DNA of 64,000 bases from a virus. Taxonomy: Duplodnaviria > Caudoviricetes. The stretch covers positions 1-64,000 of the IMG/VR virus record IMGVR_UViG_3300005077_000489; one strand, written 5' to 3'. Below are positions 1 to 11,584 of this stretch, piece after piece. Position 1 is the first letter of the stretch. Each line of letters starts with the position of its first letter. Under the pieces are notes generated by a model, which was given only the letters and a program-made list of their open reading frames with translations, had not been told where the DNA came from and ran no database searches. Position numbers and translations under genes: made by a program.

Positions 1-231
1 TAATTCCTCCTCTGTGATGGGTGTTTCCTCCGCGGGTGTTTCGACTGGAGCCGGGGTCTCTACGGGCACTTCTGGAGCCGGAGATTCGACGGGCACTTCC
101 TCTACAGGGGTTTCCGGCACCGGGGTTTCTGTAGTTGCATTGCCTGCTTCAGTTTCTACAATCTGTTCTGTAGTAGCTTCGGCCATGTCTTTATTCCTCC
201 CGAGGATAGCATCTTTTAACTCTTTGAACAT
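1..231 (-). CDS. Glu/Pro/Thr/Val-rich low-complexity protein, N-terminal part (runs off the window)
   Basis: Minus-strand frame is open from ATG at 231 (RBS GAGGAGGG) to base 1: MFKELKDAILGRNKDMAEATTEQ...ETPVPETPVEEVPVESPAPEV. A second in-frame ATG at 186 has a GGAGG RBS. Not in the ORF track, which lists the antisense frame. Confidence 0.75.
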   Translation of the reverse strand, partial: MFKELKDAILGRNKDMAEATTEQIVETEAGNATTETPVPETPVEEVPVESPAPEVPVETPAPVETPAEETPITEEEL

Positions 232-353
232 TATAGCTAACCCTCCTCTTGTTGAATAGTACTACTAGGCATCGCCTAGACGCTTTAGTACTTCTACCCC
301 TCCTACCTAGACAGTTAAATACTGTAGCCGGAATTAGTATACTTTACATTAGG

Positions 354-480
354 GTGAACTATCCTTACCTAAAGGTAAGGGCTTCCTGTAGCTGAACTAC
401 AGTACTATCTTGTAAAAGATAGGCTTGTCCCAAGCAAAATATGTTTTTAGCTGCATTTATATCGCGATCATCAACATTAC
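354..480 (-). ncRNA. Putative TnpB omega-RNA scaffold overlapping the tnpB 3' end (5' boundary uncertain)
   Basis: Minus-strand hairpins CTATCT/AGATAG and CTGTAG/CTACAG, then the right-end hairpin ending TTCAC. TnpB omega-RNAs are known to derive from this position. Confidence 0.6.
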
Positions 481-1480
481 CACAACTACATTCTAAAGTT
501 CTTTTTGATAAAGGCATACTATGTAACTTTCCACATTTATTGCACATTTTAGAGGTGTTAACTGGATTAACCTTTATCAACCTATTAGATTTGTATTGTA
601 AAAACTCTACAAATTGTGATAAACAACTATTCCGAATCTCGCGATTCAACCCTTTTACTTTAGATTCCGACATTTTCTTCAAACTAAGATCTTCTATCAC
701 AATTGTATCATAACGTTGGGTTAAGTCTTTAGAGACTTTGTGTAGAAAATCATTAATTTTACGATTCTTTACACCATACAATCTTTTAATAACCTTAGTT
801 AGAAATTTATAACGTCTAGAATACTTTTTACATTTGGTATCTCTCTGTGATTTTAACTTGTTTATCTGTCTATCGAAATATTTAGCATGGCTCTTGTTCT
901 TAATAAAACCACCCTCAGAAGTTGCTACTAGGTTTGTGATGCCTAAATCTAATCCTACAATATTTTGAGGAATTGATTTAGGTTTCTCATAATCTGTAGT
1001 TATACAGAGATACCATCTATTACTTTGATTAGTAATAATTACTTGTTTAATATTGCCTTCAATCTCTTTGTGTTGTAACAATCTAACGTTTCCATATGCT
1101 CCGAAGTAGATATGCTTATCTTTTAATTTATAGCCGCTTTGTGGGTACACCAAGCTAAAGAATTTCTGACAACTCCTAAAATGAGGTTTACCCTGACCCG
1201 CTTTAAACCTCTTAAAGAATGCTGTATAAGCCTTGTCCAGTCGCAACGGAACTTGTTGTAAAACTTGAGAATGAATTTGTCTTAATTCGAGATTATCCTT
1301 CTTGAGCTGAACTAACTCAGACTGCTGGTGCTTACGATAAACTGGATCTGATTTAGACTCAAAAGCCTTTATACGCTGCTCTAAGAAATAATTGTAGAGC
1401 TTATTCAACACATTAGAATGCTGCCAAAGTTTATCTTGTTGTTCCTTAGTCGGGTATAATCTGAACTTATATGTTATCAT
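365..1480 (-). CDS. tnpB: TnpB RNA-guided endonuclease (IS605/OrfB family)
   Basis: N-terminal [11 protein letters not shown] helical domain; RuvC-I GLDLG; RuvC-II VIEDL; Zn finger CNKC...CSC; Ruv[14 protein letters not shown]. All three acidic residues are present. Confidence 0.95.
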   Translation of the reverse strand: MITYKFRLYPTKEQQDKLWQHSNVLNKLYNYFLEQRIKAFESKSDPVYRKHQQSELVQLKKDNLELRQIHSQVLQQVPLRLDKAYTAFFKRFKAGQGKPHFRSCQKFFSLVYPQSGYKLKDKHIYFGAYGNVRLLQHKEIEGNIKQVIITNQSNRWYLCITTDYEKPKSIPQNIVGLDLGITNLVATSEGGFIKNKSHAKYFDRQINKLKSQRDTKCKKYSRRYKFLTKVIKRLYGVKNRKINDFLHKVSKDLTQRYDTIVIEDLSLKKMSESKVKGLNREIRNSCLSQFVEFLQYKSNRLIKVNPVNTSKMCNKCGKLHSMPLSKRTLECSCGNVDDRDINAAKNIFCLGQAYLLQDSTVVQLQEALTFR

Positions 1481-1689
1481 CGTTGTAATGCTCTCTGATT
1501 CTCAACATATTGTTTAATTATATCTATAGTAACGTTGCCTGTTGTTGCTAAAAAATATGATGGAGACCAAAATGCATCTCCTCCAGGCCAATATCGATCC
1601 TTCATTAGACGTCTAATTTCAGCTATACGTTCGTCATCGTAAACCACTTTGAAGCGTCCACTGATAGGTTTATGCCACATACGCCACAT
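1477..1689 (-). pseudogene. tnpA: Truncated Y1 transposase TnpA (C-terminal part only)
   Basis: [34 protein letters not shown] matches the IS200 TnpA C-terminus including the catalytic Tyr helix. Only 70 aa and no HUH motif. Confidence 0.8.
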
Positions 1690-4600
1690 TATCTCTCCTT
1701 AAAGGTCTTTACGTTCCCAATATCCGTCCGGATTGACTACCCACTCGCCAAAGGGGCTAGTGTACATTTGCACGTCTCCGTTGGGTAGGTGGTAAAACGG
1801 CGGCCAGAATTTCCCTTTACAAGCCACGCACGTTATAGGGTGTTCTACACCCTCTATTTCACGGGGAGACACATCTCCGCACTTAGGGCATTTTATAGTT
1901 ACGAGATACTCATACCAAGGTTTATCATTCACTTCATTCCATTCATAACCTGGGCAGGGAGTAGAAGGTTTGTCAAAAGAATAGTTCTTTGTACAAATCC
2001 ACTTAAAGTTGACTTTAGGTTCTCCCTCCCCGTCCAAACATATGCAATCCCAACATTCTTTATCCAGGATCATTTTACAGTTCCCTCCACTGGAGTTGTC
2101 TTAAGTAAAAGGTGTATTTCAGTGACTTGTTTTTCTATGAGGATGATCCGATGCTCTACCTTAATTAACATAAAGAAAAGACATATAAACCAAATGGTCA
2201 AAAATAAAAATACTACGCTTAGATGTTGTCCCATTAATGCAACCTCCAGATCTCTACCGGCCACAGGAATAGGCTATGACCCAAATGATTCCAACCATGC
2301 CACCACCTAGCGTTGTTTAAGGAGTCTTGGATCATGTTCAGGCCCGCCCATATCATACCTATGCCTAGATATATACATGTGATACTACTTATCATATTTC
2401 TATCCTTTCTTAGAAAATTTTAAAAATTACCTACTTATTAAAATGCGGCTCAAAATATGTCTCGCGTTTATGAGTCCATTTTTTTATCATTTCAGTCCCC
2501 CATTTTGATACGCCACTCTACCTGTCTACGTAAGTCAGGGTCCATCCTGTCCCAATGAGTTTTTTGTTGTTTCAAGATATGGGCGTGCCATTTATCTGTT
2601 ATCCACATATATAGCCGTATTTGCCAAAGTATATATTTTGCTCTTAAGTCTTCTGTCATTTCAGTCCCCCGCCGAATATATAAGGCAAAGACAATAGTAC
2701 GTAACAAATAGTCCCTGCCGCCGCTAAGGGATTTATAGGTCCCATAATAGTTACTATATTAATCAAACAAAAAACTAATCCTACCAGTATAAATAGCTGC
2801 CATCCGTTAAGGTGCATCTTCCAAAACCTCCGGTAGTCCTTTTAGGGCTATCTTTTCACCTATTGAATTTTTGGCGTATCCACACTATTCCACCGATCAC
2901 AGTTATTACAGGCCATAACAAAGCTACTATAACATCTTTCCACCACGGTCTATAAGGGTGGTCATAGAAAGACAACAAGGCTACCAATATATAAAGTGCT
3001 AAAAAGAATTCTGCGTAAGTCATACTTGTTTCCTCCGGTAAGCTTCTCTTACACAATTAAGTCCTTCTTTTTCATCCAAATTGCTACCTATATAGCTACA
3101 ATAGAATGGCATATCGCGGGCTTGCATAACTTTGTATGCAATATCATAATCACAATTTTTACAATCTATTTCCAATGCAAAATTTAACCATCCATTGTTG
3201 GTGCCCGCGGCTATACGGGCTCTTTTGGCTGCTAAAGCCTTCCGTTTATTAGCTTTCATTATTATTCCCCTAATTGCATTATTTCTTCGGCTACTGCCGC
3301 GTCTGAATGTTGTACGTTAGTCCCCACCGCTTTCCACTTGGCAAATAATCGGTCAAATACTTCTATTTGCCGCGGGGATATAACAGTTAGAGACCCCACA
3401 CCTTCATTTATGTCTTTTTGAAACCGGTGCTGCAGCCAAATACGCCTATATCCGTCTCCACAGGAATTAGCCAAGGTAACGTCATGTTTTAACTCGGGCA
3501 TTATACCATACACGTAAGACGTATCACAGTCCTCTCGATAATTACGATAAACACGATAATAAATTTTAAAGTGTGGGGTGTCGGCTAAAGTTATTAGTTT
3601 TTCTAGAAAAGGGATCATATCATCATCTGAAACTGCCGAATATTGCCCTTCTGATTTGTCTTCATGGTAGTGTGTAATTATTTTCATTTGTGTGTCCTCA
3701 AGGAATCAAATGATTCGGTGACCTTCCCGCCGTTAGATTCTGCATGCTCTAATAGTAACATAACATCTTCATACACTTCCAATTTAGTAGCCATCGTGGG
3801 AGACCACATTTTTACATTATCCCTATAGTGTTTATACCAATCTATTTCACTTTTAATTAAGTCTTTTACGGTCATTTATTAATGTCACACTACCTTATCC
3901 ATTCTTATCAATATACTACACAAATAATCCGCCACCGTTATCTTGTCTTCTGCTAAAGCTGTTTCTATTTTAGTTAGTAACATCAATTTTATGTTCTTCA
4001 ATTTAGCAGCTAAGGTTGTTTGGTCTCTGTCCGCAGGGCTGGCGGAGACTTCCTCTAAACGATTTAGCACAGTTATAATTTCGTTCATTTTATTCCCCAG
4101 CATGTAAGAGCCGTCACTGCGATAAAAGTCGGATGCTTTTATTTTCTCTACCATTCTTTACCTCTCTGTATAAAATATTATTATAAATAAAAATACTACT
4201 ATTATTATCCACCATATCCATTCCATTATCTTTCCTCCGCAATATAATCTCCTAATTTATATTCATAGTTCTCACGTTCTTGCCAACCGATTAAACTGGG
4301 GTATAGTAAACACCATTCTTGCACACCTTTGTCATTGGGTTCTTTTACTAAGATTAACAAATCATAATGGTCGGGGTCTTTACGAAATTTGTTGCGTGCC
4401 CAATAATACCCGGGCTTAATATTTTCTATGTCTTTTAGTTTATTCTTATAGATTTCTCTGGCTTTCTCTATTCGTTCTTGTAGTTCTTTTATTTGTTCGT
4501 CTTTTCTTCTTAATGCAGAATCTAATTCGTGTTTTCTATCATATAACAGTTCTTGTAACTGCGCGCGGTCTCTTTGTAAATCTTTTAAACGTTCCAGTAA

Positions 4601-5972
4601 TTTTTCCCAATGGTCGCTCATAACATTTCTCTCAGTTTTGCGAATTCCTTTAAGGGTATTATTAACCGTAGAGTATCTTTACGTACCCACCTATCCGGAA
4701 TATCGTCTGTAGTTGTTTCCGCGGGGTATAATTGTAGGATAATTTGTTCGCCTTTTCGCTCTATGCTAATTTGGTCTAAATCGTCTATTCTACTTATTAT
4801 CATTTGTTAGTCCCTCGCCATAGTCTTTTCCAACCACAACGTTAATTCTTGTATAGCCTTCAAACGTCTGTCATTACGCTGCCGTGTCCCTTGTGTTGTT
4901 ATAGCTTGTTCTAGTTGTCCGGTATTACCTGCTTTTATAATAAAGTTTTCTTCGTTGTAAGTTATATAGAATTCGTTTACGGACTCGGCTAGGACTCTAA
5001 CGATAAAAGGACCTATGTATAATTTATAATTTAGGTGGTGGTCCTTTTCCCACTTTACCAAATCTCCGTGTGTTACTTCTATTAATTTACTGGTTAATTT
5101 TTCCGACATCTACTAACACCCCATATGTTTTAATAATTTATGTATTCCTTTGTCATAGCGTGCCTTATCTATTTCTCTTTGGTGCTCATGTAAAAGGTCC
5201 ATTGCCTTTTGTGTTCTTAGAGACTCTATTACTATACCCGCAATACGAAAGGTCTTGTTAAATCCATTACCAATCGTTACTCTATCCCATGACCACCACC
5301 GGCACTTAATATATATCAAAGCATCATCATATCCTAGAAATCTGAGTGAATAATTTTTATTTTCTATATTTTTTATAATACAATCAACAATACATTCTTC
5401 TTCTTTTGTCACAGTTTTCTCCTGAGTTCCCACATTTTATTTGGGTATTTTAATCTTATTAGAACTTCGTTCAGGAAATAGGTGTTGAAGCGTAGCGGGG
5501 CGTGTTGGTATAAGGCTCTGAATCTAGTGGGTTCATATTTATAAATTTGTATATCTTGCCACTGCCACTCTCCTGCGGGTTGTATTTGTTCTACGACGTA
5601 CAAAGTATCCCCATAACACTCACATAGGCGTATATAAAAGTCATCCATTACAAACTTCCTTTAACAATTCTTCCCGTGCTTTTGCCTCTCCGTCTACGTC
5701 ATTCCACTTTTCTAGTGATAATACTATATGTCTTAATTCGTCTACTAGCTGACCAATAAACCAGTCTATGTCCTTTTCACCCCGGGACGTCCGCAACGAT
5801 GCATAACTATTAAAGTAGCAATCGTGAGAATATGAGAGTCTTAACACAAATTCTGCATGGATACAGGTGTATATATCACGTTCAGTGTGTTCCCATTTTA
5901 AGGTGCCTTCTTTAGTTTGTTCTATCAAACACCTAAGTAATTTATTTTGGTAAGACCAAGGATTGTAAAATT

Positions 5973-6326
5973 TCATATAGCTTTGCCTCCGTGCTTATAT
6001 CCGCGGGTATCATTGTAATCATTCTTAATACGAATGGCTTCTTCTAAGTCTATTCCTAGCCACTCTGCGGTGTCCAACACACGGATGACGATATCGGCTA
6101 ATTCAGATGGGAAACCTGTAGGTTTACACGGGATGCCACCTTCGTGTGTTTTTAAATCCATATTGTCTTCTCTTAAGTCTTCTAAGGCTTCAGATACTTC
6201 GGAATGTATTAAGGCTAACATAGAAGTTATGCGTAATACAGAACGATCCCCCAAAGCACCATCATACCAACCGCGGGCTTTAGAACCTTGGTGTACGATG
6301 CGTTGCCACTCTTTTATAGTAGGCAT
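5973..6326 (-). CDS. MazG-like nucleotide pyrophosphohydrolase
   Basis: LALIHSEVSEALEDLRE and ELADIVIRVLD acidic helices; C-terminal KNDYNDTRGYKHGGK is typical of phage MazG-like proteins. Confidence 0.85.
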   Translation of the reverse strand: MPTIKEWQRIVHQGSKARGWYDGALGDRSVLRITSMLALIHSEVSEALEDLREDNMDLKTHEGGIPCKPTGFPSELADIVIRVLDTAEWLGIDLEEAIRIKNDYNDTRGYKHGGKAI

Positions 6327-6535
6327 GTCTAACCCCTATTATTTGTATATTGCTTTTTTGAACAAATACCCCGTCATAAAAGCTAATAAGAATATAGCGA
6401 TGGGCGGGGTATCAGAGATAAAGGTGAATGCAAAGGCTATTATCGTTGCAATGATTAAATTAACTACTAAAGTTTTGTAACGGCTGTAATATTGTTGTCC
6501 ATCCATATATTATCCTTGTTGTGGTAGTTACAAAT

Positions 6536-6557
6536 GAGGGACCCTACGGGGTCCCTC
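6536..6557 (-). terminator. Hairpin directly downstream of the Hsp20 gene
   Basis: GAGGGACC(C)/(G)GGTCCCTC stem 3-4 nt past the stop codon; weak U-tract. Confidence 0.55.
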
Positions 6558-6560
6558 TGC

Positions 6561-7085
6561 TTATTCTACGATTCTTATATTAACTTCTTTAGGTGGGTCT
6601 TTTACGGCTTCATGTGTTTCAAAGATATCCTTTAACTTTATTGTTAAAACACCGTTTTTCAATTCCGCGTCCACCTCGGCTTTATCTTCGGTACGTTTTA
6701 TCCATGCTTCATATAGTTCTGCATTGATAGGAAACGACCGGCGGAATTTAGAACGAAACAACTCAGTATGGTAATAATACCGTCCGTTGTTTTCTTCACG
6801 TGTCTCTACAGAACCTTGAATAATTAGATTACCATCTACTAGTTCTACTTTAAGATTCTCCGGTTTTACGTTCGCCACTATCGCTTCTACTACTAAGTCA
6901 TTACCCTCTTTATAAGCATCTATCCGTGGGTAGGCTCTGGATTTAACACTAGTGAATTGCAGTGGTTTAAAGTCAGCAAAGAAATTAGTCATCATAGAGT
7001 CGAACAAAGACTCGATGGGGGTGAAAAATTCGTCTTTTATAAGACTTAAATTATCAATGTTTCTGGGTACCAAATGTCCTGTCAT
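6561..7085 (-). CDS. Small heat-shock protein (Hsp20/alpha-crystallin domain)
   Basis: YPRIDAYKEGNDLVVEA, FRSKFRRSF, AELKNGVLTIKL and a C-terminal VNI motif. Confidence 0.9.
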   Translation of the reverse strand: MTGHLVPRNIDNLSLIKDEFFTPIESLFDSMMTNFFADFKPLQFTSVKSRAYPRIDAYKEGNDLVVEAIVANVKPENLKVELVDGNLIIQGSVETREENNGRYYYHTELFRSKFRRSFPINAELYEAWIKRTEDKAEVDAELKNGVLTIKLKDIFETHEAVKDPPKEVNIRIVE

Positions 7086-9204
7086 CTTCAGCTACCTCCT
7101 AAGAGTGTATGTTATCAGGATAGGCTTTACGCTCTATCTTTTTCCTTAGACAACTAGCCCCCGGGTTAGTTCCCTAAGAAAAATTTAATTTATATTGGCT
7201 TAAATCTAAACTTTTTAAGACATTATAATCCCAATCGCCCGCGAGACTTATCACATTGTTAGGGCTTTTTACCCATATGGTTTTAACTGCATACTCGCGG
7301 GGAGCCTTATAACACTTTCCTACGTTTTCATATATCCCCTTTTCTCCATTATGTAAATATTCTACGCCTTCTAACCAAGCTAACATAGATCGTCTGTCTG
7401 CCCCTACTCCGCCCGCTTCTTCGTCGGTTTGAATATATAGTTTAATTATCAAATGCTTATCCGGCTCCCAATAATTAGTTTCTACTTGTGCGGGGCGTAT
7501 TCCTTCATCCATATATTCTATATAATAAGACATTAATCCAGCCCCCTTAACAAGGTATCCAGCGTATTGTCCAAACCGTCTTTACGTAACCGTGATTCAT
7601 TTATTCTTTTATTTATTCTTACTATTTCATCGTCGTAGACCAAATCAGACCAGATAACTCCTACTTTATCTCTTATTTCTATTTGTCCTGCTACATTACT
7701 TTTTTGATAATAAATAGTAAATTCTTCGTTTAATTTGGCTACATTAGAATAAGCATTATTATGCTTGTATCTCCATGGTAAATTTCGTTGCTCTATAATT
7801 TTTAGTACTTTTTCTTTTGTGGTCATACTCATTTGATGCCTAGAACCTCCTTACACTTCTCGGGTTCTTTTATACAATCTATTGATATACATCCTGCAAA
7901 TGCTTTCTTTTTTTGACATTCATCACAGTCTTCCTCTTTACCAAAATTATTATTTATGGTGATAGAGGAGTATTTTTCCTTAACTTCCGCCGCGGTGGCG
8001 GGTCCTAATCTCAATTTCAATAAACCGTTTTCAGTTTGACGTTCTACATTAAAATAATGTGCAAACACTGCAAAACCTATTATTCCTAATAATATTATGA
8101 TTAGTTCTCTAGCGTACTTTATTGCGCGCATCTTAAAAGTAAAATTATAGTCATCTTTCCATTGTTGCGGGTCCATCTCTAACGCACCACTGTATCTCGG
8201 GCAGTTTGTATTCTAGGATTTATTTTGTTTAGTTCATTAAACAATTCTACCCACTCTGTTTCTTCACCCGGTAATTTTATTTCTTCTTCGCAGGTCCACA
8301 CTTGAATTATCTTTTCCCAATCGTGTAGACGGATAGAATAAGGGACAAAGTTTGTGACTATATATTTTCCATCACGTAATTGGAAAATTGTTCTCGCACG
8401 CGTTGAAGTTATGAGTTTTCCTTCTATTATTAATTTGGTGCCATTTGTTCTATCATATACGTGTGTGTCACTCAATACGTTTTTCCAAGACCTATATAAA
8501 TCAGGAATACCGAATATCACAGGGAAAAGCATTACCGCCGAACCAAAGATTATCGCGGGTGTGCCCTTGGCTGCGTCCTTATCTCTTACTATACTTATTA
8601 ATCCTGTTATGATAGCCCATAAACTAAAGACCACTAATCCAATAACAATTAAAGTAAGAACTGTTAAACCTATATGCATATTATTATTCCCCGAATAAAT
8701 TATCTAAACGCTTTACTTCCTCTAGAGCTATCATAGCACGTAAGGCGTCCCCGTAATCTATCCACTTTGCTGCTTGCTCTTGCAGCCCTAGGCGTACTGC
8801 GTCATAGTTTTCTCTGCTACATCTTACTACTTGACCTTTATGTACTGCGTTTATTGCTTGTAATACTTCGTCCATGTTTCTCTTCCTTCCGTATAATTTT
8901 TTTTAAAATTTTTTTAATAGTATTCTACGTCTAATAGCATCAGGAGTTTTACAGGCGTCACATAACCAGTCATTACCATCATTATGTAATTCTAATGTTC
9001 TGTATATCTCAGTTTTTCGTCTTAATGTATTATACTCATACGAAATGCTTTCTCTCACGCTTTTTCGTGTGGTCTGACCACAACTAGGACATTCCCAAGC
9101 ATAATCACTAGTGGTGTATCCATGACCACTTAGCACCGAATGGTCTTCTATTATTGTAGTTATTCGCAATTCCATTCTTGGTCACCTTCTCTTATCAAAT
9201 ATAA

Positions 9205-9501
9205 CTATTTTCTCCTTGGTGCGTTGTTGTGCTCCATACAAGCAACAGCCATAGCGGCTATTTTCCTTATTTCACCTAAGGCGGGCCACTCTCCTTCTTC
9301 ATAGAGTAAACGCTTGGCTTCTCCTAGATGATACTCTATGAATAACACCCACTCACTAATGGTATGTTCTAAGTCGTGCCCCAAACCTCCCCAGCGGAGG
9401 TCTTGATACTCTCTTTCTTCACTAATTATTTCGAATATTTTTTGTCTTTCGATCATGTTTGAATCCTTTTCACTAAAACGGGATATAAATTTGATAAGCA
9501 C
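9205..9501 (-). CDS. MazG-like/all-alpha NTP pyrophosphatase-like protein
   Basis: EREYQDLRWG...EWVLFIEYHLGEA...GEIRKIAAMAVACME pattern. Confidence 0.5.
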   Translation of the reverse strand: MLIKFISRFSEKDSNMIERQKIFEIISEEREYQDLRWGGLGHDLEHTISEWVLFIEYHLGEAKRLLYEEGEWPALGEIRKIAAMAVACMEHNNAPRRK

Positions 9502-9673
9502 CAGTACAATTACTGGGCTTATGTGGTTCTACTGCACGCATGATACGATCATTCTCACAATCACGTATTAAATGGTATTGTTGTGTACCGGTGGCACATC
9601 CGGTTAGAAACAGTGTGATTAAGACTAATAATATTAATCTCATTTTTTTGAATCCTTTTTTATATATTTGCAT
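9473..9673 (-). CDS. Small lipoprotein
   Basis: Hydrophobic stretch ending in lipobox LTGC. Confidence 0.6.
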   Translation of the reverse strand: MQIYKKGFKKMRLILLVLITLFLTGCATGTQQYHLIRDCENDRIMRAVEPHKPSNCTGAYQIYIPF

Positions 9674-9705
9674 CTAATATTACAAAAGACAGGAGGTACA
9701 CTGAA

Positions 9706-9882
9706 ATGACTGAAGAAGAATTCCAAAAAAAATATAAAGAAGTTCACGAATATGCTCTCGGAATAGAATCTCCCATGCCGGATGATGAATATGCTAGGTG
9801 GCTAACCGAGAAGCGTAGAGAACATCTTAAGAAAGAAATAATGCGTTGTGCTTGTCCATCCTGCGACGAATCATGTTGTTAA
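9706..9882 (+). CDS. 58-aa protein with Cys-rich C-terminus, lone plus-strand gene in the left arm
   Basis: RBS AGGAGG, ATG at 9706, MTEEEFQKKYKEVHEYALG...IMRCACPSCDESCC*, followed by a hairpin. Below the ORF-track size cutoff. Confidence 0.7.
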   Translation: MTEEEFQKKYKEVHEYALGIESPMPDDEYARWLTEKRREHLKKEIMRCACPSCDESCC

Positions 9883-9884
9883 TA

Positions 9885-9908
9885 GGGCGGGCTCTTTTAG
9901 AGCCCCTC
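9885..9908. terminator. Hairpin between convergent genes
   Basis: GGGCTCT-TTT-AGAGCCC at 9889-9905. Confidence 0.55.
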
Positions 9909-9994
9909 CTATCTATAAACCATTCTCTAAATAACAACAACAACAGCTTTTACAAGTGAGATACCAAACGACACGACCACCTATTTTCACGGGG

Positions 9995-10543
9995 CTATGA
10001 GTCATTTCCTCTTTGCATAATCGACATTTCTTCATCGCAAACCTCTCTTATTATAAATAATTCATCAAAACCTTCATTGACGGAAGGCAACACAAAAGTG
10101 TCATACGTTTTTCTCAGGACTTCTTGAGGAACACAATCGAAGCGTTCCTTGTTTCTTCTTATGCATTCTTCCAACGGGGGCAATAAGCAGTAGCCGACTA
10201 CTCGGTAGTCATAATCCTTTATAATAGAGATTAGTTCTTTACGTCTATCCGACTCAGGTAGACTACCTTCAAACACTATGAGTGGCTCATTAATACTCAA
10301 TAATAAGTTGAGTCGTTCTTTAGCAAAGTTACGTGCTTCTGCTAATATATCTGCAGGTATAGGTTCTTCGCCCCAATCATGCTGGTGCCCCTCTGCATCA
10401 TGCCAAATTCTTTTACCTTCTTGGTTGCGAGTCCAGTAACTGTCGCTGGAGACTGTTTCTACAAAATCAAAAAATTTTTTTAAATAAGTGGTCTTACCGG
10501 AGGCTTGTGCACCGAATAGAAAAATTACTGTTTTTACTTCCAT
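9995..10543 (-). CDS. P-loop kinase (AAA_33/polynucleotide-kinase-like)
   Basis: Walker A GAQASGKTT, VSSD, LIVFEG, and lid EECIRRNKER. Confidence 0.8.
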   Translation of the reverse strand: MEVKTVIFLFGAQASGKTTYLKKFFDFVETVSSDSYWTRNQEGKRIWHDAEGHQHDWGEEPIPADILAEARNFAKERLNLLLSINEPLIVFEGSLPESDRRKELISIIKDYDYRVVGYCLLPPLEECIRRNKERFDCVPQEVLRKTYDTFVLPSVNEGFDELFIIREVCDEEMSIMQRGNDS

Positions 10544-10825
10544 TAACCTGCCCCTAAATTTTTAAACCATAAGCCTAGTTTAGTTATGATGCTTATACCA
10601 CATATCAATGTAGCTATTATATTTGCGGACAGTTGTGTCCAGGCTGAGGTGGCTATAAATATAGGATTTTCGTGCCACCATGCTTCTTGCTTTGGAGGTG
10701 GTACGGGTGACTCCCACGTATCCCAAGATACTTTCTTGCTCTGGTAATTATCTATTGCTTCTGTTTGCCAACGTTTGGTTGTTTTATATTCTGTATAAAA
10801 CATTCCTAAAGCAAAGCAAAAAGAA

Positions 10826-11080
10826 CTAATCGCTATTATCAGGAGTATCAGATTGATTTTGGTCACCTTGTAATGCCTCCGCACATAGATGGGCAAACTC
10901 GCACCATTCCAAACAGCCTACATTTATTTTTGGATTTTTTATGGGTAACCCGCAATTAGGACATTTACGCTTGGGTTCATCTTTGAAAAATTCTATGACA
11001 CCCTCATTACACCAATGGCAGGTTACCTCAAAGATATCCCCTGGTTTCCAATCTCGCATATCTTGTCCTGGACATTTCAT
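10826..11080 (-). CDS. Cys-rich Zn-ribbon protein of a type seen in Desulfobacterota
   Basis: MKCPGQD.R.WKPGDIFEV.C..C...IEFFKD...RKCPNCG...NP...GC.EWC.FA..C pattern, recalled from deltaproteobacterial genomes. Confidence 0.6.
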   Translation of the reverse strand: MKCPGQDMRDWKPGDIFEVTCHWCNEGVIEFFKDEPKRKCPNCGLPIKNPKINVGCLEWCEFAHLCAEALQGDQNQSDTPDNSD

Positions 11081-11137
11081 TTTTTATAACCTCGAATGGA
11101 TCTTCTTTCTTTTCTGACAGCTTTCTACCAATATTAA

Positions 11138-11584
11138 TTATTCTCCGTCCATAATTTTATTTGCTATATCCGCCTCGTCTGCTTGTGCAAAGGTGGCTGC
11201 CACCATGATTTTTTCAAATTTACTTAAATGGGCTCTCTTCGCTGTATCAATAATTTTATCTATATCCGCCGGTTTTTCTAAGTACTCAAAAGCTTGGAGT
11301 ATCTTCGCTTCTTCCTTGTCAGCGTTGCTTCCTTTTCCGGATAATATTACGACTTCTATGTCCGGATGATTTATCTTTATCTCTTTTAATACTTCTATTC
11401 CGTCCAACCCCGGCATTCGGAGGTCTAAGACAACTACGTCAGGTTTATGTTCTGCAATATGTGTTAGAGCTTCTTCCCCACTATATGCTACATCTACCAA
11501 CTGTTCTCTCAGAATTAGTCTCTCTGCGAGGGTATCCACGAATTCTTTTTCGTCGTCAACTAACAGTATTTTAAACTTGTGCAT
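11138..11584 (-). CDS. Stand-alone response regulator receiver domain
   Basis: LLVDDE acidic pair, phospho-acceptor VLDLRMP, ILSG, LEKP; C-terminal MVAATFAQADEADIA tail. Confidence 0.93.
   Translation of the reverse strand: MHKFKILLVDDEKEFVDTLAERLILREQLVDVAYSGEEALTHIAEHKPDVVVLDLRMPGLDGIEVLKEIKINHPDIEVVILSGKGSNADKEEAKILQAFEYLEKPADIDKIIDTAKRAHLSKFEKIMVAATFAQADEADIANKIMDGE

Larger units (their letters stand above)
354..1689 (-). mobile_element. IS200/IS605-family (IS605-type) element remnant: truncated tnpA, intact tnpB, right end
   Basis: tnpA C-terminal fragment overlaps the tnpB start. Typical right-end hairpin GAAGCCCTTACC-TTTA-GGTAAGG-ATAGTTCAC at 385..354 (minus). No left-end hairpin recognised. 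Confidence 0.85.

Noticed and set aside
14-259. Plus-strand Ser/Gly/Thr-rich ORF from the track
   Set aside because: It is the antisense shadow of the RBS-supported minus-strand gene at 1-231.
7086-7173. Possible RNA thermometer upstream of Hsp20
   Set aside because: Hairpins exist, but there is no ROSE or fourU signature and pairing over the RBS is weak.
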